Positions 41,765 through 51,185 are shown, counted from the stretch's first letter. The stretch: DNA of 64,000 nt from Candidatus Levyibacteriota bacterium (GCA_003173895.1 PJMG01000022.1:67454-131453), one strand, 5' to 3'. Made by a program: numbers and translations. Notes: generated by a model not told the origin, from the letters alone.

Positions 41765-42004
41765 TTAATTTATTGTTATAAAATTACCTAATTTTATTTC
41801 TTTCGCTCCTCGTGAAACTGTGGCCACTCCAACTCCTAATTTTTCAGCAATTTCATGCTGTGGGGTGCCTTTTTTGAGCATTTTTACTATTTGTATTCTT
41901 TGCTCAAATTCCGCTATTTCACTTGGCGTAAAAAGTCCTTTTGCTAAGTTCTTCATTTCTTTTTCATCCTTAGCTTTTAGTAAACTTTTAATCAAGCTGT
42001 TCAT
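41765..42004 (-). CDS. trpR: Trp repressor-family (TrpR/YerC) regulator
   Basis: L.T..E......R..I...L..G..Q.EIA..LGV..AT..RG signature; ATG 42004 (the ATG at 42019 overlaps the -10 box). Confidence 0.88.
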   Translation of the reverse strand: MNSLIKSLLKAKDEKEMKNLAKGLFTPSEIAEFEQRIQIVKMLKKGTPQHEIAEKLGVGVATVSRGAKEIKLGNFITIN

Positions 42005-42017
42005 GAATTTAAATATC

Positions 42018-42046
42018 ATTATACTAGTACACTAGAATAATGTCAA
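42018..42046 (-). promoter_or_regulatory. Consensus sigma70 promoter with embedded TrpR-type operator
   Basis: TTGACA-N17-TATAAT; ATACTAGTACACTAGAAT (42021-42038) has CTAG-N4-CTAG, like the E. coli trp operator. Confidence 0.82.
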
Positions 42047-42077
42047 GTGCTAATTTTATTTTTGATATAATCAACAA

Positions 42078-43145
42078 ATGCCAGATAATATTTTAAATAC
42101 TTTTTTAGAACTTTTAGCTATTGGTGCTCCTTCTACACAAGAAGGAAAAATTGGTAACTATATTTTAAACAAACTTAATATGTTAGGTTTTAAAACAGAA
42201 AAAGATGAAATAGGAAATATTTTAGGATTTTTAGAGGGAAATGGTGAAGCATTATTTTTATCTGCGCATTTAGATCGAGTTCCACTGGGATTAGGAAATA
42301 AACCAATTATTAATGGAGATATTATAAAAAGTGATGGGACTACTAATTTAGGGGCTGATGATGCAGCAGGTATAGCAATAATTTTAGAGGCTTTAAAAGA
42401 AATTGTTGAAAATAAAATTGCTCATCCATCTATTTTAGTAACCTTTACAGTTCAAGAAGAAATTGGTTTAAAAGGGGCAAGAAACATAAATTTATCTAAA
42501 TATAATATTAAGTATGGAATTGCTTATGATAATGCAGGCAAAGTCGGAACATTAATAAATAAAGCTTCTTCATATACCGCATTTGATTTAGAAATCATAG
42601 GAAAAAGTGTTCATCCAGGAAAAGAATTAAATCAAACGATTAATACTTTTAAAATTACTCAAGAAATTGATTTCATGATTGGAGAATCAGAAGACAAGCA
42701 AACTAGAATTAATGTCGGATTAGCTGAAATTGGTAAAGCAAGAAATATTACTCCAGGTGTGGGAAAAATAAGTGGTGAAATTAGAAGCTTTTTAGGTGAA
42801 GAAAAATTAAAAGAAATAATTTCTAAATTAAAAAATAATATAAAAACTATTTGTGATAAATATCACGCAAAATATAAATTAACTTTTACTAAACATGCAA
42901 ATGCATATTCAATAGATGAAAATGAAACTTTAGCTCAGAAGTACAAAAAAGTTCGCGCAAATAATTTTCAAGCAAACTCTACGTTTATTGCCAGCGATAC
43001 GAGTGTTTTTCGTGGAGAAAAAGAATTAAAAGTATTTACTATTTCTACAGGCGTAGAAAATGAACATACTGTAGATGAATTTATAAGATTTAGTAATTTA
43101 ATAAAGTTAAAAAATGATTTAGTAAATTTGATAAAATCACTTTAA
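42078..43145 (+). CDS. M20-family peptidase (peptidase T-like)
   Basis: SAHLD.V, LGADD.AG, QEEIGL.G and EHT..E. Confidence 0.9.
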   Translation: MPDNILNTFLELLAIGAPSTQEGKIGNYILNKLNMLGFKTEKDEIGNILGFLEGNGEALFLSAHLDRVPLGLGNKPIINGDIIKSDGTTNLGADDAAGIAIILEALKEIVENKIAHPSILVTFTVQEEIGLKGARNINLSKYNIKYGIAYDNAGKVGTLINKASSYTAFDLEIIGKSVHPGKELNQTINTFKITQEIDFMIGESEDKQTRINVGLAEIGKARNITPGVGKISGEIRSFLGEEKLKEIISKLKNNIKTICDKYHAKYKLTFTKHANAYSIDENETLAQKYKKVRANNFQANSTFIASDTSVFRGEKELKVFTISTGVENEHTVDEFIRFSNLIKLKNDLVNLIKSL

Positions 43146-43150
43146 TAATT

Positions 43151-43771
43151 ATGTGGAAACCAACCCTATCACCATTTAGAAAATATAAAAAAGAAGTTTT
43201 TAAAAAAGATGCTCTGGTAGCTGATTTTATTTATCAAATTGGGGAGTATGAAAAATTAAGAGAAGTCTCTAAAGAAATTTCAGTAAATAAAATTACATCT
43301 AAAGAATATCAAAAAAAATTTAAATATATTAAAACTTGTCTTTTAAAATATAGAAAATTAACTGGAACTGGTCGCGGTATTACTGGAGTTCAATTAGGAA
43401 TACCAGAACGATTTTCTGTAATTTACACACGTGAAGAATTAAAAATTATAGTTAATCCAATCGTAACTAAGGTTTCTAATAAACAATTTATTTATCCTGA
43501 AATGTGTATGAGTGCAAATCCAATAATAGCACCCACAATCAGACCTGCTTGGATAGAGTTCACATATTATGATGAAAAAGGTGAGAAACAAATGTGGATT
43601 ACTAAAGATAATACTGATCAAGGTAAAATTTTAAATCGAGTTTTTCAACACGAAATAGATCACATGGAAGGAATAATAAATATAGATCTTTGTAAATCTC
43701 GCGATTTAATTTTAGAATCAGATCCTAAATTCTACGACAACGCTAAATTCAAAGAAGTTAAAAATGTTTAA
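43151..43771 (+). CDS. def: Peptide deformylase-like protein (divergent)
   Basis: GRGITGVQLG, EMCMS (EGCLS) and QHEIDHMEG. Confidence 0.78.
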   Translation: MWKPTLSPFRKYKKEVFKKDALVADFIYQIGEYEKLREVSKEISVNKITSKEYQKKFKYIKTCLLKYRKLTGTGRGITGVQLGIPERFSVIYTREELKIIVNPIVTKVSNKQFIYPEMCMSANPIIAPTIRPAWIEFTYYDEKGEKQMWITKDNTDQGKILNRVFQHEIDHMEGIINIDLCKSRDLILESDPKFYDNAKFKEVKNV

Positions 43772-44327
43772 TCTCCAAAAATTAGTAGATAAAATTATTT
43801 TCTTAAAAAAAGAAAACCAAAATCTCTTGATTGCCATTGATGGTCGGGGAGGTTCTGGTAAAACTACATTTGCGAAAATACTACAAAACAAACTATCTAA
43901 CTCCATTATTTTCCATTTAGATGAATTTAATTATCCACTTATCAAGGAGGATTATCAAAAATTAGTAAAACAGATAATTACTCCTTTAAAGAATAATCAA
44001 AAAGCAATTTTTCAAGTCTATAATTATAAAAATAAAATATATAAAGATTTTAAAAAAATTGATTCAAATAAAATTATAATTTTTGAAGGAGTAACTACAC
44101 TAAGTCTAAATTTAGAAAAATATTTTGACTATAAAATTTGGATTCAGTGTCCAATAAAAATTGGAAATAAAAGAGGAATTCAGAGAGAATTGAAATTAAC
44201 TGGCAATGATATTACAAATATTTGGAATAATTTTAAAATTTCTGAAGAAAAATATATTAATGATGAAAAACCAGAAAATAATGCAAACTTAATTATCGAT
44301 TATAAAGATTTAGAAAATCTATCTTAA
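43764..44327 (+). CDS. Uridine kinase-like P-loop protein
   Basis: IAIDGRGGSGKTT, HLDEF and IIFEGV. Confidence 0.82.
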   Translation: MFNLQKLVDKIIFLKKENQNLLIAIDGRGGSGKTTFAKILQNKLSNSIIFHLDEFNYPLIKEDYQKLVKQIITPLKNNQKAIFQVYNYKNKIYKDFKKIDSNKIIIFEGVTTLSLNLEKYFDYKIWIQCPIKIGNKRGIQRELKLTGNDITNIWNNFKISEEKYINDEKPENNANLIIDYKDLENLS

Positions 44328-45509
44328 CCATTTTTTCTTATATTCTAAAAATCTATTTTCATTTATTGCATCTCTTATTTCTTCCATTAATTTATTTAAA
44401 AAATAAACATTATGGTAGCTAGCTAATTTATAGCCTAAAAGTTCATGAGCTCTAAACAAATGGTGAATATATGCAGTCGTATAATTTCTACACACTTTAC
44501 AGTCACATTTGTTATTTAATGATCCTTTTTCTTTTTCAAATTCTCGTTTGGTAATATCAATTCTAAATTTATTTTTTTCATTACCTATAGGTGGATGTAC
44601 AAAAATATTTCCTACCCTACCCATACGAGTCGGAATAACACAATCAAAAGTATCTACTCCTCGTTCTACCGCATTTAAGATATCATCTACTTCGCCAATA
44701 CCTAATAAATGCTTAGGCTTTACCTCATCAACATTCTCCACAGTCCACGAAATTACATCATATAGATTTTCTTTACTTTCGTGTGCTCCTCCTAATGCGA
44801 TAGCATTAAAATGTTTATCATTAAATTTAGCCGATTCTATTCTAAGATCTTTAAATTTTCCCCCATGAGTTACTCCATAAAGCAATTGACTTTTCTTTTT
44901 ATGCGCTTTTACAGATCTAATTAACCAACGTGCTGTTAAATCTAAGGATTTTTTAGTTTCTTCATAGGAGTATTTAGGACTTTCTAAATCGTCAAATCCT
45001 ACGATTAAATCTGCACCTAATTTTTCTTGGATTTTAATAGAAATTTCAGGAGATAAAAATTTTTTAGCCCCATCTATATGTGACTGAAAAGTTACTCCCT
45101 TTTCTGAAATTTTATTTAGCCTAGGTTTAGAAACTCCAACTTCATCTTTTAAGAGCTTCCCTACACCTTGTTCTAAACTAACACCGAGTGAGAAAACTTG
45201 AAATCCACCACTATCTGTCATAACTGGACCATGCCAATTCATGAATTCTGAAACTCCACCAAATTTAGAGATTAAATTTTCACCCGGCTGTAAAAATAAA
45301 TGATAAGTATTAGCTAAAACCCCCTGAACACCAATTTCTAATAAATCATATGGATCTAAACTTTTAACTGTCGCTTTAGTACCTACCGGGAAAATATATG
45401 GAGTCTCTATACTACCTCTAGTAGTTTTAATAACACCAGTTCTGGCTTTAGTTTTAGTATCTTTATGAGTTATTTCAAAAGTAGGAGTTTTATTAAAAAT
45501 ATCTAACAT
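44319..45509 (-). CDS. tgt: tRNA-guanine transglycosylase
   Basis: TP...PVGT, NTYHL, TDSGGFQVFSL, FDCV.PTR and C.C..C...H zinc site. Confidence 0.96.
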   Translation of the reverse strand: MLDIFNKTPTFEITHKDTKTKARTGVIKTTRGSIETPYIFPVGTKATVKSLDPYDLLEIGVQGVLANTYHLFLQPGENLISKFGGVSEFMNWHGPVMTDSGGFQVFSLGVSLEQGVGKLLKDEVGVSKPRLNKISEKGVTFQSHIDGAKKFLSPEISIKIQEKLGADLIVGFDDLESPKYSYEETKKSLDLTARWLIRSVKAHKKKSQLLYGVTHGGKFKDLRIESAKFNDKHFNAIALGGAHESKENLYDVISWTVENVDEVKPKHLLGIGEVDDILNAVERGVDTFDCVIPTRMGRVGNIFVHPPIGNEKNKFRIDITKREFEKEKGSLNNKCDCKVCRNYTTAYIHHLFRAHELLGYKLASYHNVYFLNKLMEEIRDAINENRFLEYKKKWLR

Positions 45510-45510
45510 T

Positions 45511-45545
45511 AATTCTGAATTATAAATTACGCATTCTAAATTATC
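45511..45545. repeat. Degenerate heptamer tandem repeat between tRNA-Met and tgt
   Basis: AATTCTG AATTATA AATTACG CATTCTA AATTATC. Confidence 0.55.
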
Positions 45546-45549
45546 TAAG

Positions 45550-45622
45550 TACCAGGGATGAGAGTCGAACTCATGACCGCAGCGTTATGAATGCTGTGCT
45601 CTAACCACTGAGCTACCCTGGC
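45550..45622 (-). tRNA. tRNA with CAU anticodon, probably elongator Met
   Basis: Cloverleaf GCCAGGG/CCCTGGT, loop TTCATAA, GTTCGAC; CCA not encoded. Confidence 0.9.
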
Positions 45623-45695
45623 AAAATCATATTCAGAGTATATCAATTTACGGCTTCCTAAATCAATAAAATCTTGGTATAATTTATTTCTAATG

Positions 45696-45764
45696 CGCGG
45701 GGTAGTGTACGGTGCACATGAGGCTCATAATCTTATAGGCTGGGTTCAACTCCTAGCCCCGCAA
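45696..45764 (+). tRNA. Initiator tRNA-Met(CAU), non-canonical
   Basis: CGCGGGG/CCCCGCA with C1xA72 mismatch, loop CTCATAA, GTTCAAC. Confidence 0.9.
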
Positions 45765-45866
45765 CACAGTTGATTTTAGACTGATTTAACAGGTTAAATT
45801 AACATCCACACATTCTCCATATAAAATACTTGCTAATTTTTATAGGACGAATTATAATCTCAGGAT

Positions 45867-46691
45867 ATGGCACAACAAAAATTAGAAATAGGTCAACAAG
45901 TACCAGCTACAGGAAGAACAATAAATCAAATATTACCATCCCTACCTCTTACTCCCGCATTCGGGAGTTTATTATGGACTTTAAGTGGACTTGCTCATAA
46001 AGATTTCGGGCAAGTAGCAGAAGGATTAGCAGGTTTAACCACTTCAATTGCAGTTGAATTTCCTATTGTTCGTAATGTTTCACGAAGAGGAAAGAGATTG
46101 ACAGAAATTTCCGTCTCAGAAAGAGTTGCAAATACACCCCTAGTTCAAGCAGAATCTCTAGCAATTCATATGGGGGCTGTAGATCTGTTATCCGATATGT
46201 TTCATTTGTCAGAAAAAACTAGATTTTCTTCAAATCAAATGGAATATTTACAGTTTGGAATTACTAAAAATCTTCTTAAACAACGCATTGATATAACAGA
46301 AGCAGCGCGTGTGGAAAAAGGTGATAAGACGCCGAAAAGCTCTTTACAGTTAACCGTAGAGAAAGCATATCTTACTCTTAATTCCCTCCAAACCCTATAC
46401 CTGCAACAACATCAAGAAAGCGAAATTAAATCTATTTCTATTAATAGAATGGCGGATGAGCTAGGAACTATCTTTGGTAATTTTCTCACAGATGCAGGAA
46501 CAAACTTAGCACTTGACTCTAAAGAGCTTATTTCTGCACAAGCAGAAGAATCCGATAGCATTCAAAACGAAGAAATAAAACAGCGATTGGCTTTGTTAAA
46601 AGGACATTTGCAAAAAAATGATAATATTGATTACGAAAAATTACATGCTGTTGATGATGCTATTAATACTGTTGTAGAGAGATATAAATAA
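45867..46691 (+). CDS. Hypothetical protein
   Basis: 274-aa ORF with TATAAT just upstream; no recognised motif. Confidence 0.6.
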   Translation: MAQQKLEIGQQVPATGRTINQILPSLPLTPAFGSLLWTLSGLAHKDFGQVAEGLAGLTTSIAVEFPIVRNVSRRGKRLTEISVSERVANTPLVQAESLAIHMGAVDLLSDMFHLSEKTRFSSNQMEYLQFGITKNLLKQRIDITEAARVEKGDKTPKSSLQLTVEKAYLTLNSLQTLYLQQHQESEIKSISINRMADELGTIFGNFLTDAGTNLALDSKELISAQAEESDSIQNEEIKQRLALLKGHLQKNDNIDYEKLHAVDDAINTVVERYK

Positions 46692-46775
46692 CCTTCCACA
46701 AGATGTTTTTAACATTGGTTAAACCGAGTTCTAATTTACTCTAATCTTTACAACAGAACTTGTGGATATTAGAGA

Positions 46776-49001
46776 CTAACTGAGGTGTATTTCTTTATAT
46801 CTTTTAATAATAGCTATCTCAGATAAATAATCATTCATACTAACATAGTTCCCATTTCTTATAGCAAAATTTCCATAACCTCCAACCTGTGAATCGTACT
46901 CAAATAATGGTGTAGCTAAATCTCCTAAATCAATCCAGTCCTTTTTTAATCCAGTAGTTCCAATTTTATCCGTAGATGCATCTTCAGCACCAGCTATCCA
47001 AACCTCACCATTAGCTGTTTTACAGAATAAATAATCTAACTTACCATCTTTAGAAGGATATACTTCAATAGTAATTTCTCCATAAAGTTCTGTCTCTTGT
47101 TGCCAAGTCATTTTAGGTGCTTTATTTATATCTGGCTCATCATTTTCAGATGCAAAGATTAAATCTTCTGGCTTTGTTTTAGTTCCAGGCATAGTAAAAT
47201 GATTACTAATTCCTCCTATTACTCTAGCCCTTTCATTAACTTGTTCAAAGTAAGAAATATCTTCATGTCTTTCTGTAACAATTTTTCTTGCAGTACCCGC
47301 GAAAATTAATTCTGCATCGGAAATAGATCTTATTGGCATTCCTTTTTCAGAAATAGCTGCCAATGTTTTCTGCAGCTTAATAGGTAATGTTATGCTTACT
47401 TCATCTCTTCCCTTTCCATACCATACTACTCTACCTCCACGTTCTCTATATTGAGGTAAATATCTCCAAACACCTGTCGAATTACTTCTATAATAGGTTC
47501 TAGCGATAAACTTACCGTTAGTATCTTCCACATAAGCTAACACAGCAATTCTTCCATTATGTTTAGTATCATATGGTTGGGAAAACCATATAGTTTTTCC
47601 ACCAATCTCAGTCTTATATTCTGGTTGTAAACCTTCTCTTTTTATTATGTCTGAGTTTAATGCAGATCCATTAAAACTATCAGCATGAAATTCAGTATTT
47701 TTTAAAACCTTAATCCCTTCTGTATCTTCAGGTAATTCTATTTTAGGAGCTCTTAAGACATCTATATTGGTGGTTAATTGATCTACAAAATCTTTGATAT
47801 TAATATCATTAATATTAATTGGAATTTTTATATCAGAATTTACAGGTAATAAAACAATATTATTAATCCCAGATGCTAATGAGGGTGTTTTCTCTGGTGT
47901 AGGCCATAAATCTCTTCTATTTAAAATCCATCTAGTATCAAATATATTTCTTAAATTATGAGGAGTAATAAGTCCATCTTGGTAGCCGTCTCTAGATGCT
48001 GATTTAGTTCTTACTAGTAACACTTCTCCGCCATGACCAAATTCGTCTTTATTTTTATTTCTAACAAAAAATGTAAGTTCATTTGGGTCGGTTAATGTTT
48101 TTATAGATCTTCCATTTTGGGAATCTACAAATTTTACAGTGTAATTCTTAGGATCGTAAATTATTTCGTATATATTATTTCTAGCAGATGTAAATTGTAA
48201 TCTTACTAGATTCTCTGATTCCCTAGCTTTAGCGATATATTTAGCTAGAGCCAATACTTCTACCATAGTTCCAGACTTATGAATACTTTCTCCTGTTAAC
48301 ACTGTCATAGGATGAGAAAAATCTTTTACAGTTGAAAGATCTCTTACTCCAGATGGTGGAGCTTCCACTTGCTCTGATTTAGAATCTACCATGGAAAATC
48401 CAAATCCATATTTATCAGAAGTAAAATTAGGTTGTAAATGAAGTTTTTCTAATTGTTGAGTTTCTGCGTTAATAAATGTTATTTGTATCTCAGATTTATC
48501 ATCTCCTATTCTAATAGGAGTAACTGAAGAAACTGTTCCATATATATCTATATAATCATAAGTGTTTTTATCTAGGTATCTTAGTCCAACTTCCCAATTA
48601 TTATTTTCCAACCTAAGTGATATATTTGATGCTAATCCTTTTTTACTTTTTATTCCATCTTCTCTATTTATTTGTTTAATAGGAATAGTTATTTCAGAAA
48701 TTTTAACAGGAGCTTGATTAGAAACGTTAAGTTCAGAAATATCTTCTAAATTAATTACTGCTCCAGTCGGAAAGTCCGTTAGAGTATCATAGTATCTAAT
48801 AAGACCATGATCCTTACTTACTCCTAATCCACGCTTATTTCTAGTTGCCTTATTTAGCACCATAAGAGCTCTTTCTGCGCTGGGGTTAAATAGGGCAGCT
48901 AACTCTTGATCATTATCAAAAGATATGGGGCCTAAACCTGATTCTTGCTGTGCAAGTATACTCTTAAGAGAACCTAATTCTGTTTGTCTACCCATAAACA
49001 A
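46776..49001 (-). CDS. Large hypothetical protein
   Basis: 741-aa ORF with own TTGACA promoter; aromatic-rich C-terminal domain (RTYYRSNSTGVWRYLP). Confidence 0.7.
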   Translation of the reverse strand: MFMGRQTELGSLKSILAQQESGLGPISFDNDQELAALFNPSAERALMVLNKATRNKRGLGVSKDHGLIRYYDTLTDFPTGAVINLEDISELNVSNQAPVKISEITIPIKQINREDGIKSKKGLASNISLRLENNNWEVGLRYLDKNTYDYIDIYGTVSSVTPIRIGDDKSEIQITFINAETQQLEKLHLQPNFTSDKYGFGFSMVDSKSEQVEAPPSGVRDLSTVKDFSHPMTVLTGESIHKSGTMVEVLALAKYIAKARESENLVRLQFTSARNNIYEIIYDPKNYTVKFVDSQNGRSIKTLTDPNELTFFVRNKNKDEFGHGGEVLLVRTKSASRDGYQDGLITPHNLRNIFDTRWILNRRDLWPTPEKTPSLASGINNIVLLPVNSDIKIPININDINIKDFVDQLTTNIDVLRAPKIELPEDTEGIKVLKNTEFHADSFNGSALNSDIIKREGLQPEYKTEIGGKTIWFSQPYDTKHNGRIAVLAYVEDTNGKFIARTYYRSNSTGVWRYLPQYRERGGRVVWYGKGRDEVSITLPIKLQKTLAAISEKGMPIRSISDAELIFAGTARKIVTERHEDISYFEQVNERARVIGGISNHFTMPGTKTKPEDLIFASENDEPDINKAPKMTWQQETELYGEITIEVYPSKDGKLDYLFCKTANGEVWIAGAEDASTDKIGTTGLKKDWIDLGDLATPLFEYDSQVGGYGNFAIRNGNYVSMNDYLSEIAIIKRYKEIHLS

Positions 49002-49083
49002 TATCTTATATTATTGCATCCCTACTGTCAATCTTGGAACCTCATACTTGTAAAAAGATTAATTATTCAAGGATAAATTAATT

Positions 49084-49542
49084 TTATCTATAAAGTGGAA
49101 TCATTTCTATAAGCTGAAGAGGTAAACCTTTTTTTAATTTTTCTACTACTTTTTCCGCACTACTGCCTGCGCGGAGATTACTTTGACTATTCTCTAAAAC
49201 TCTAGGACCAAAAATATTATCCAGGTCTTCTGGTCCTTCATAAATTATAACTGGTGATGGAGGCATTAGAGTTGGTGCTTCTGGAAGTAATCTTAGTGTA
49301 GCTACCCATGCTATTTGATCTCCATATTTTAATCCCATTTTAAAAGTTTCAATATTATTACCCCTAGCATTTTTAGTATAACTAAAAAGAATATCATCTT
49401 TATCTTTGTAAACTGCTTCTGTATCATCTGGAACTTCACCAAAAATAGTTCTCAATTCAGCAATTAAACTTAAATAATCTTCTACCCTGATTCTATCTTG
49501 ATTCCTAATTCTAGCTTCTGTCCTACTTGCATCTTCTAACAT
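49084..49542 (-). CDS. Hypothetical protein
   Basis: 152-aa ORF; TGnTATACT 6 nt before ATG. Confidence 0.6.
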   Translation of the reverse strand: MLEDASRTEARIRNQDRIRVEDYLSLIAELRTIFGEVPDDTEAVYKDKDDILFSYTKNARGNNIETFKMGLKYGDQIAWVATLRLLPEAPTLMPPSPVIIYEGPEDLDNIFGPRVLENSQSNLRAGSSAEKVVEKLKKGLPLQLIEMIPLYR

Positions 49543-49618
49543 AGAAGAAGTATATCAAACAATTTAAGCCTGATCAATATTTTATAGGATACAATCTAAA
49601 TGTGTCTGAAATTAATTT

Positions 49619-49834
49619 TCAGTCAAATAAATCTTTAAGAGGTATTTTAAGTGCGCGAGCTACTTTTAGAAGTGTCATAAGAGTAGGATTTTTCTCTCCC
49701 CTCTCTACAAATCCCATATAACTTCTATCTACACCCACTTTAAAGGCTAAATCTTCTTGGCTCATATTTAAATCTATCCTCAAAGATTTAATCTTCTGAC
49801 CCAGTTTAATATGAGTTGATGAAAGTGCTTGCAT
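49619..49834 (-). CDS. XRE-family HTH regulator (controller-protein-like)
   Basis: IK.LR....SQEDLA...GVDRSY...VERG..NPTL; ATG 49834 is the likely start. Confidence 0.88.
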   Translation of the reverse strand: MQALSSTHIKLGQKIKSLRIDLNMSQEDLAFKVGVDRSYMGFVERGEKNPTLMTLLKVARALKIPLKDLFD

Positions 49835-49929
49835 GTTTTTATAGACTAAGCTAACGGAACTTAAGAGACCAGCTTCTGCTTGTAGCATTTAAAATGAGAC
49901 TGTACTATAATGGGACTATAGGTAGCAAT

Positions 49930-50163
49930 ATGTATTCAAAAACATCTACATCTAACTCATTTTATGATTACGCTATTCATTTAGAAAATTACTTCCATTT
50001 ATTAGCTTTGCTTAGTCAAGTACTTCCAGAAGTAAAAACTGATAAAAAAGAAGCGTTGGAAAAAGAATTAGAAAATTTGTTTTTTTATTCCTTATATGCA
50101 GGCAATAGAATTGAAAAATTATTACAAGAATTTAAATCAAAATCAAATGATGACAAATCATAA
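49930..50163 (+). CDS. Small helical hypothetical protein
   Basis: ORF divergent from the XRE gene; TATAAT at 49905-49910 favours ATG 49930. Confidence 0.45.
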   Translation: MYSKTSTSNSFYDYAIHLENYFHLLALLSQVLPEVKTDKKEALEKELENLFFYSLYAGNRIEKLLQEFKSKSNDDKS

Positions 50164-50169
50164 AAACAA

Positions 50170-50428
50170 GCAGAAGTGTGTTTTTTAATAACATTAAAAG
50201 TTTACTCTTTTATTATTTAGAGATGCTTGTCTTTTCAATTTTTGGTGAATTGGAATTTTCTCTTTAAAGAAATTTAGAAATTAAATTAAGTTTGGTGAGA
50301 AAATTCCACGAGCGAAGTCTGATGTTTTATTTTAAGTTAGATCAAACTTCCCTGAGCGCCACCAAAAATTGTGAAAGCAAACAACTCCCTAATGCTCGGG
50401 TAAATGTCTCTTTAAAAATACCTTCTGC
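50170..50428 (+). ncRNA. Large structured intergenic element (three-way junction, possible pseudoknot)
   Basis: Perfect 12-bp stems 50236-50247/50360-50371 and 50251-50262/50297-50308, a third stem, and outer GCAGAAG/CTTCTGC. Confidence 0.55.
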
Positions 50429-50470
50429 GGGATTAATAGAAAAACAAATCTTTAAGCACAATCTATATTT

Positions 50471-51160
50471 TTATATAGAAAATGTTTTATTTTCCGCAAA
50501 AGAAAAATACGAAGATTTACAGATAATTAAATGCTCTAAAAGTTTTATTCCCATGATCTCCCCTGCTTCCTGAAGTTTTTTAGTAAAAATAATATCAGCA
50601 TCAGATGGATCTGGATCTTGAGATGGATGATTATGAGCCATAATTATAGAAATAGCTGGATTAGTAAGTGCAGGACTTAAAATCTCTTTTAGTTCTATAT
50701 GCATAGCGTTTATATTCCCTATCGCTATAGTTTCTTTTTTTATTAATTCATCTCGTGCATTGAGATATAACACTACTAGATTTTCCTGTCTTTTATCCGC
50801 TATCTCACGCAGTTGAGAAAGCATATCTAAAGTCGAGCGAATATAGGTTTTATTTACTGTTTCTTTACTAAAAATCCGCTGTCCTAATTCTATAGCAGCT
50901 AAAACTCTAGCTGCTTTAACACGACCAATACCAGGAATCTTAATCAAATTCTCCAAGGGAACTAAAGATATTTTCTCTATTGGAAATTGTTTTAAAATTT
51001 GTTCAGCTAAAGAAATTACATTTTGCTTCCTTCTACCAGTACCTAAAATAATTGCTAAAAGTTCTGCATTAGTTAGATTACTGCTACCCTTCTGTAGTAA
51101 TTTTTCTTGTGGTCTATCTGACTTGGGTAAATCTAATATTCTTTTTGTAGTTTTAAGCAT
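50471..51160 (-). CDS. radC: RadC (JAB domain) protein
   Basis: RPQEKL...G...L...ELLAIILGTG, HhH GIG..KA and AHNHPS....PS..D. Confidence 0.93.
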   Translation of the reverse strand: MLKTTKRILDLPKSDRPQEKLLQKGSSNLTNAELLAIILGTGRRKQNVISLAEQILKQFPIEKISLVPLENLIKIPGIGRVKAARVLAAIELGQRIFSKETVNKTYIRSTLDMLSQLREIADKRQENLVVLYLNARDELIKKETIAIGNINAMHIELKEILSPALTNPAISIIMAHNHPSQDPDPSDADIIFTKKLQEAGEIMGIKLLEHLIICKSSYFSFAENKTFSI

Positions 51161-51185
51161 ACATATAGTATACTAAGCCTAGTTT

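Noticed and set aside
49835-49929. C-box for the controller-like XRE, implying a restriction-modification system
   Set aside because: Scattered GACT tetramers but no GACT-N3-AGTC, and no methylase or nuclease nearby
50236-50371. Hammerhead ribozyme, 6S RNA, RNase P RNA or tmRNA
   Set aside because: Diagnostic core sequences not found on either strand
50292-50573. 93-aa ORF over the structured element
   Set aside because: TTG start, overlaps radC antisense, and the sequence is better explained by stem-loops
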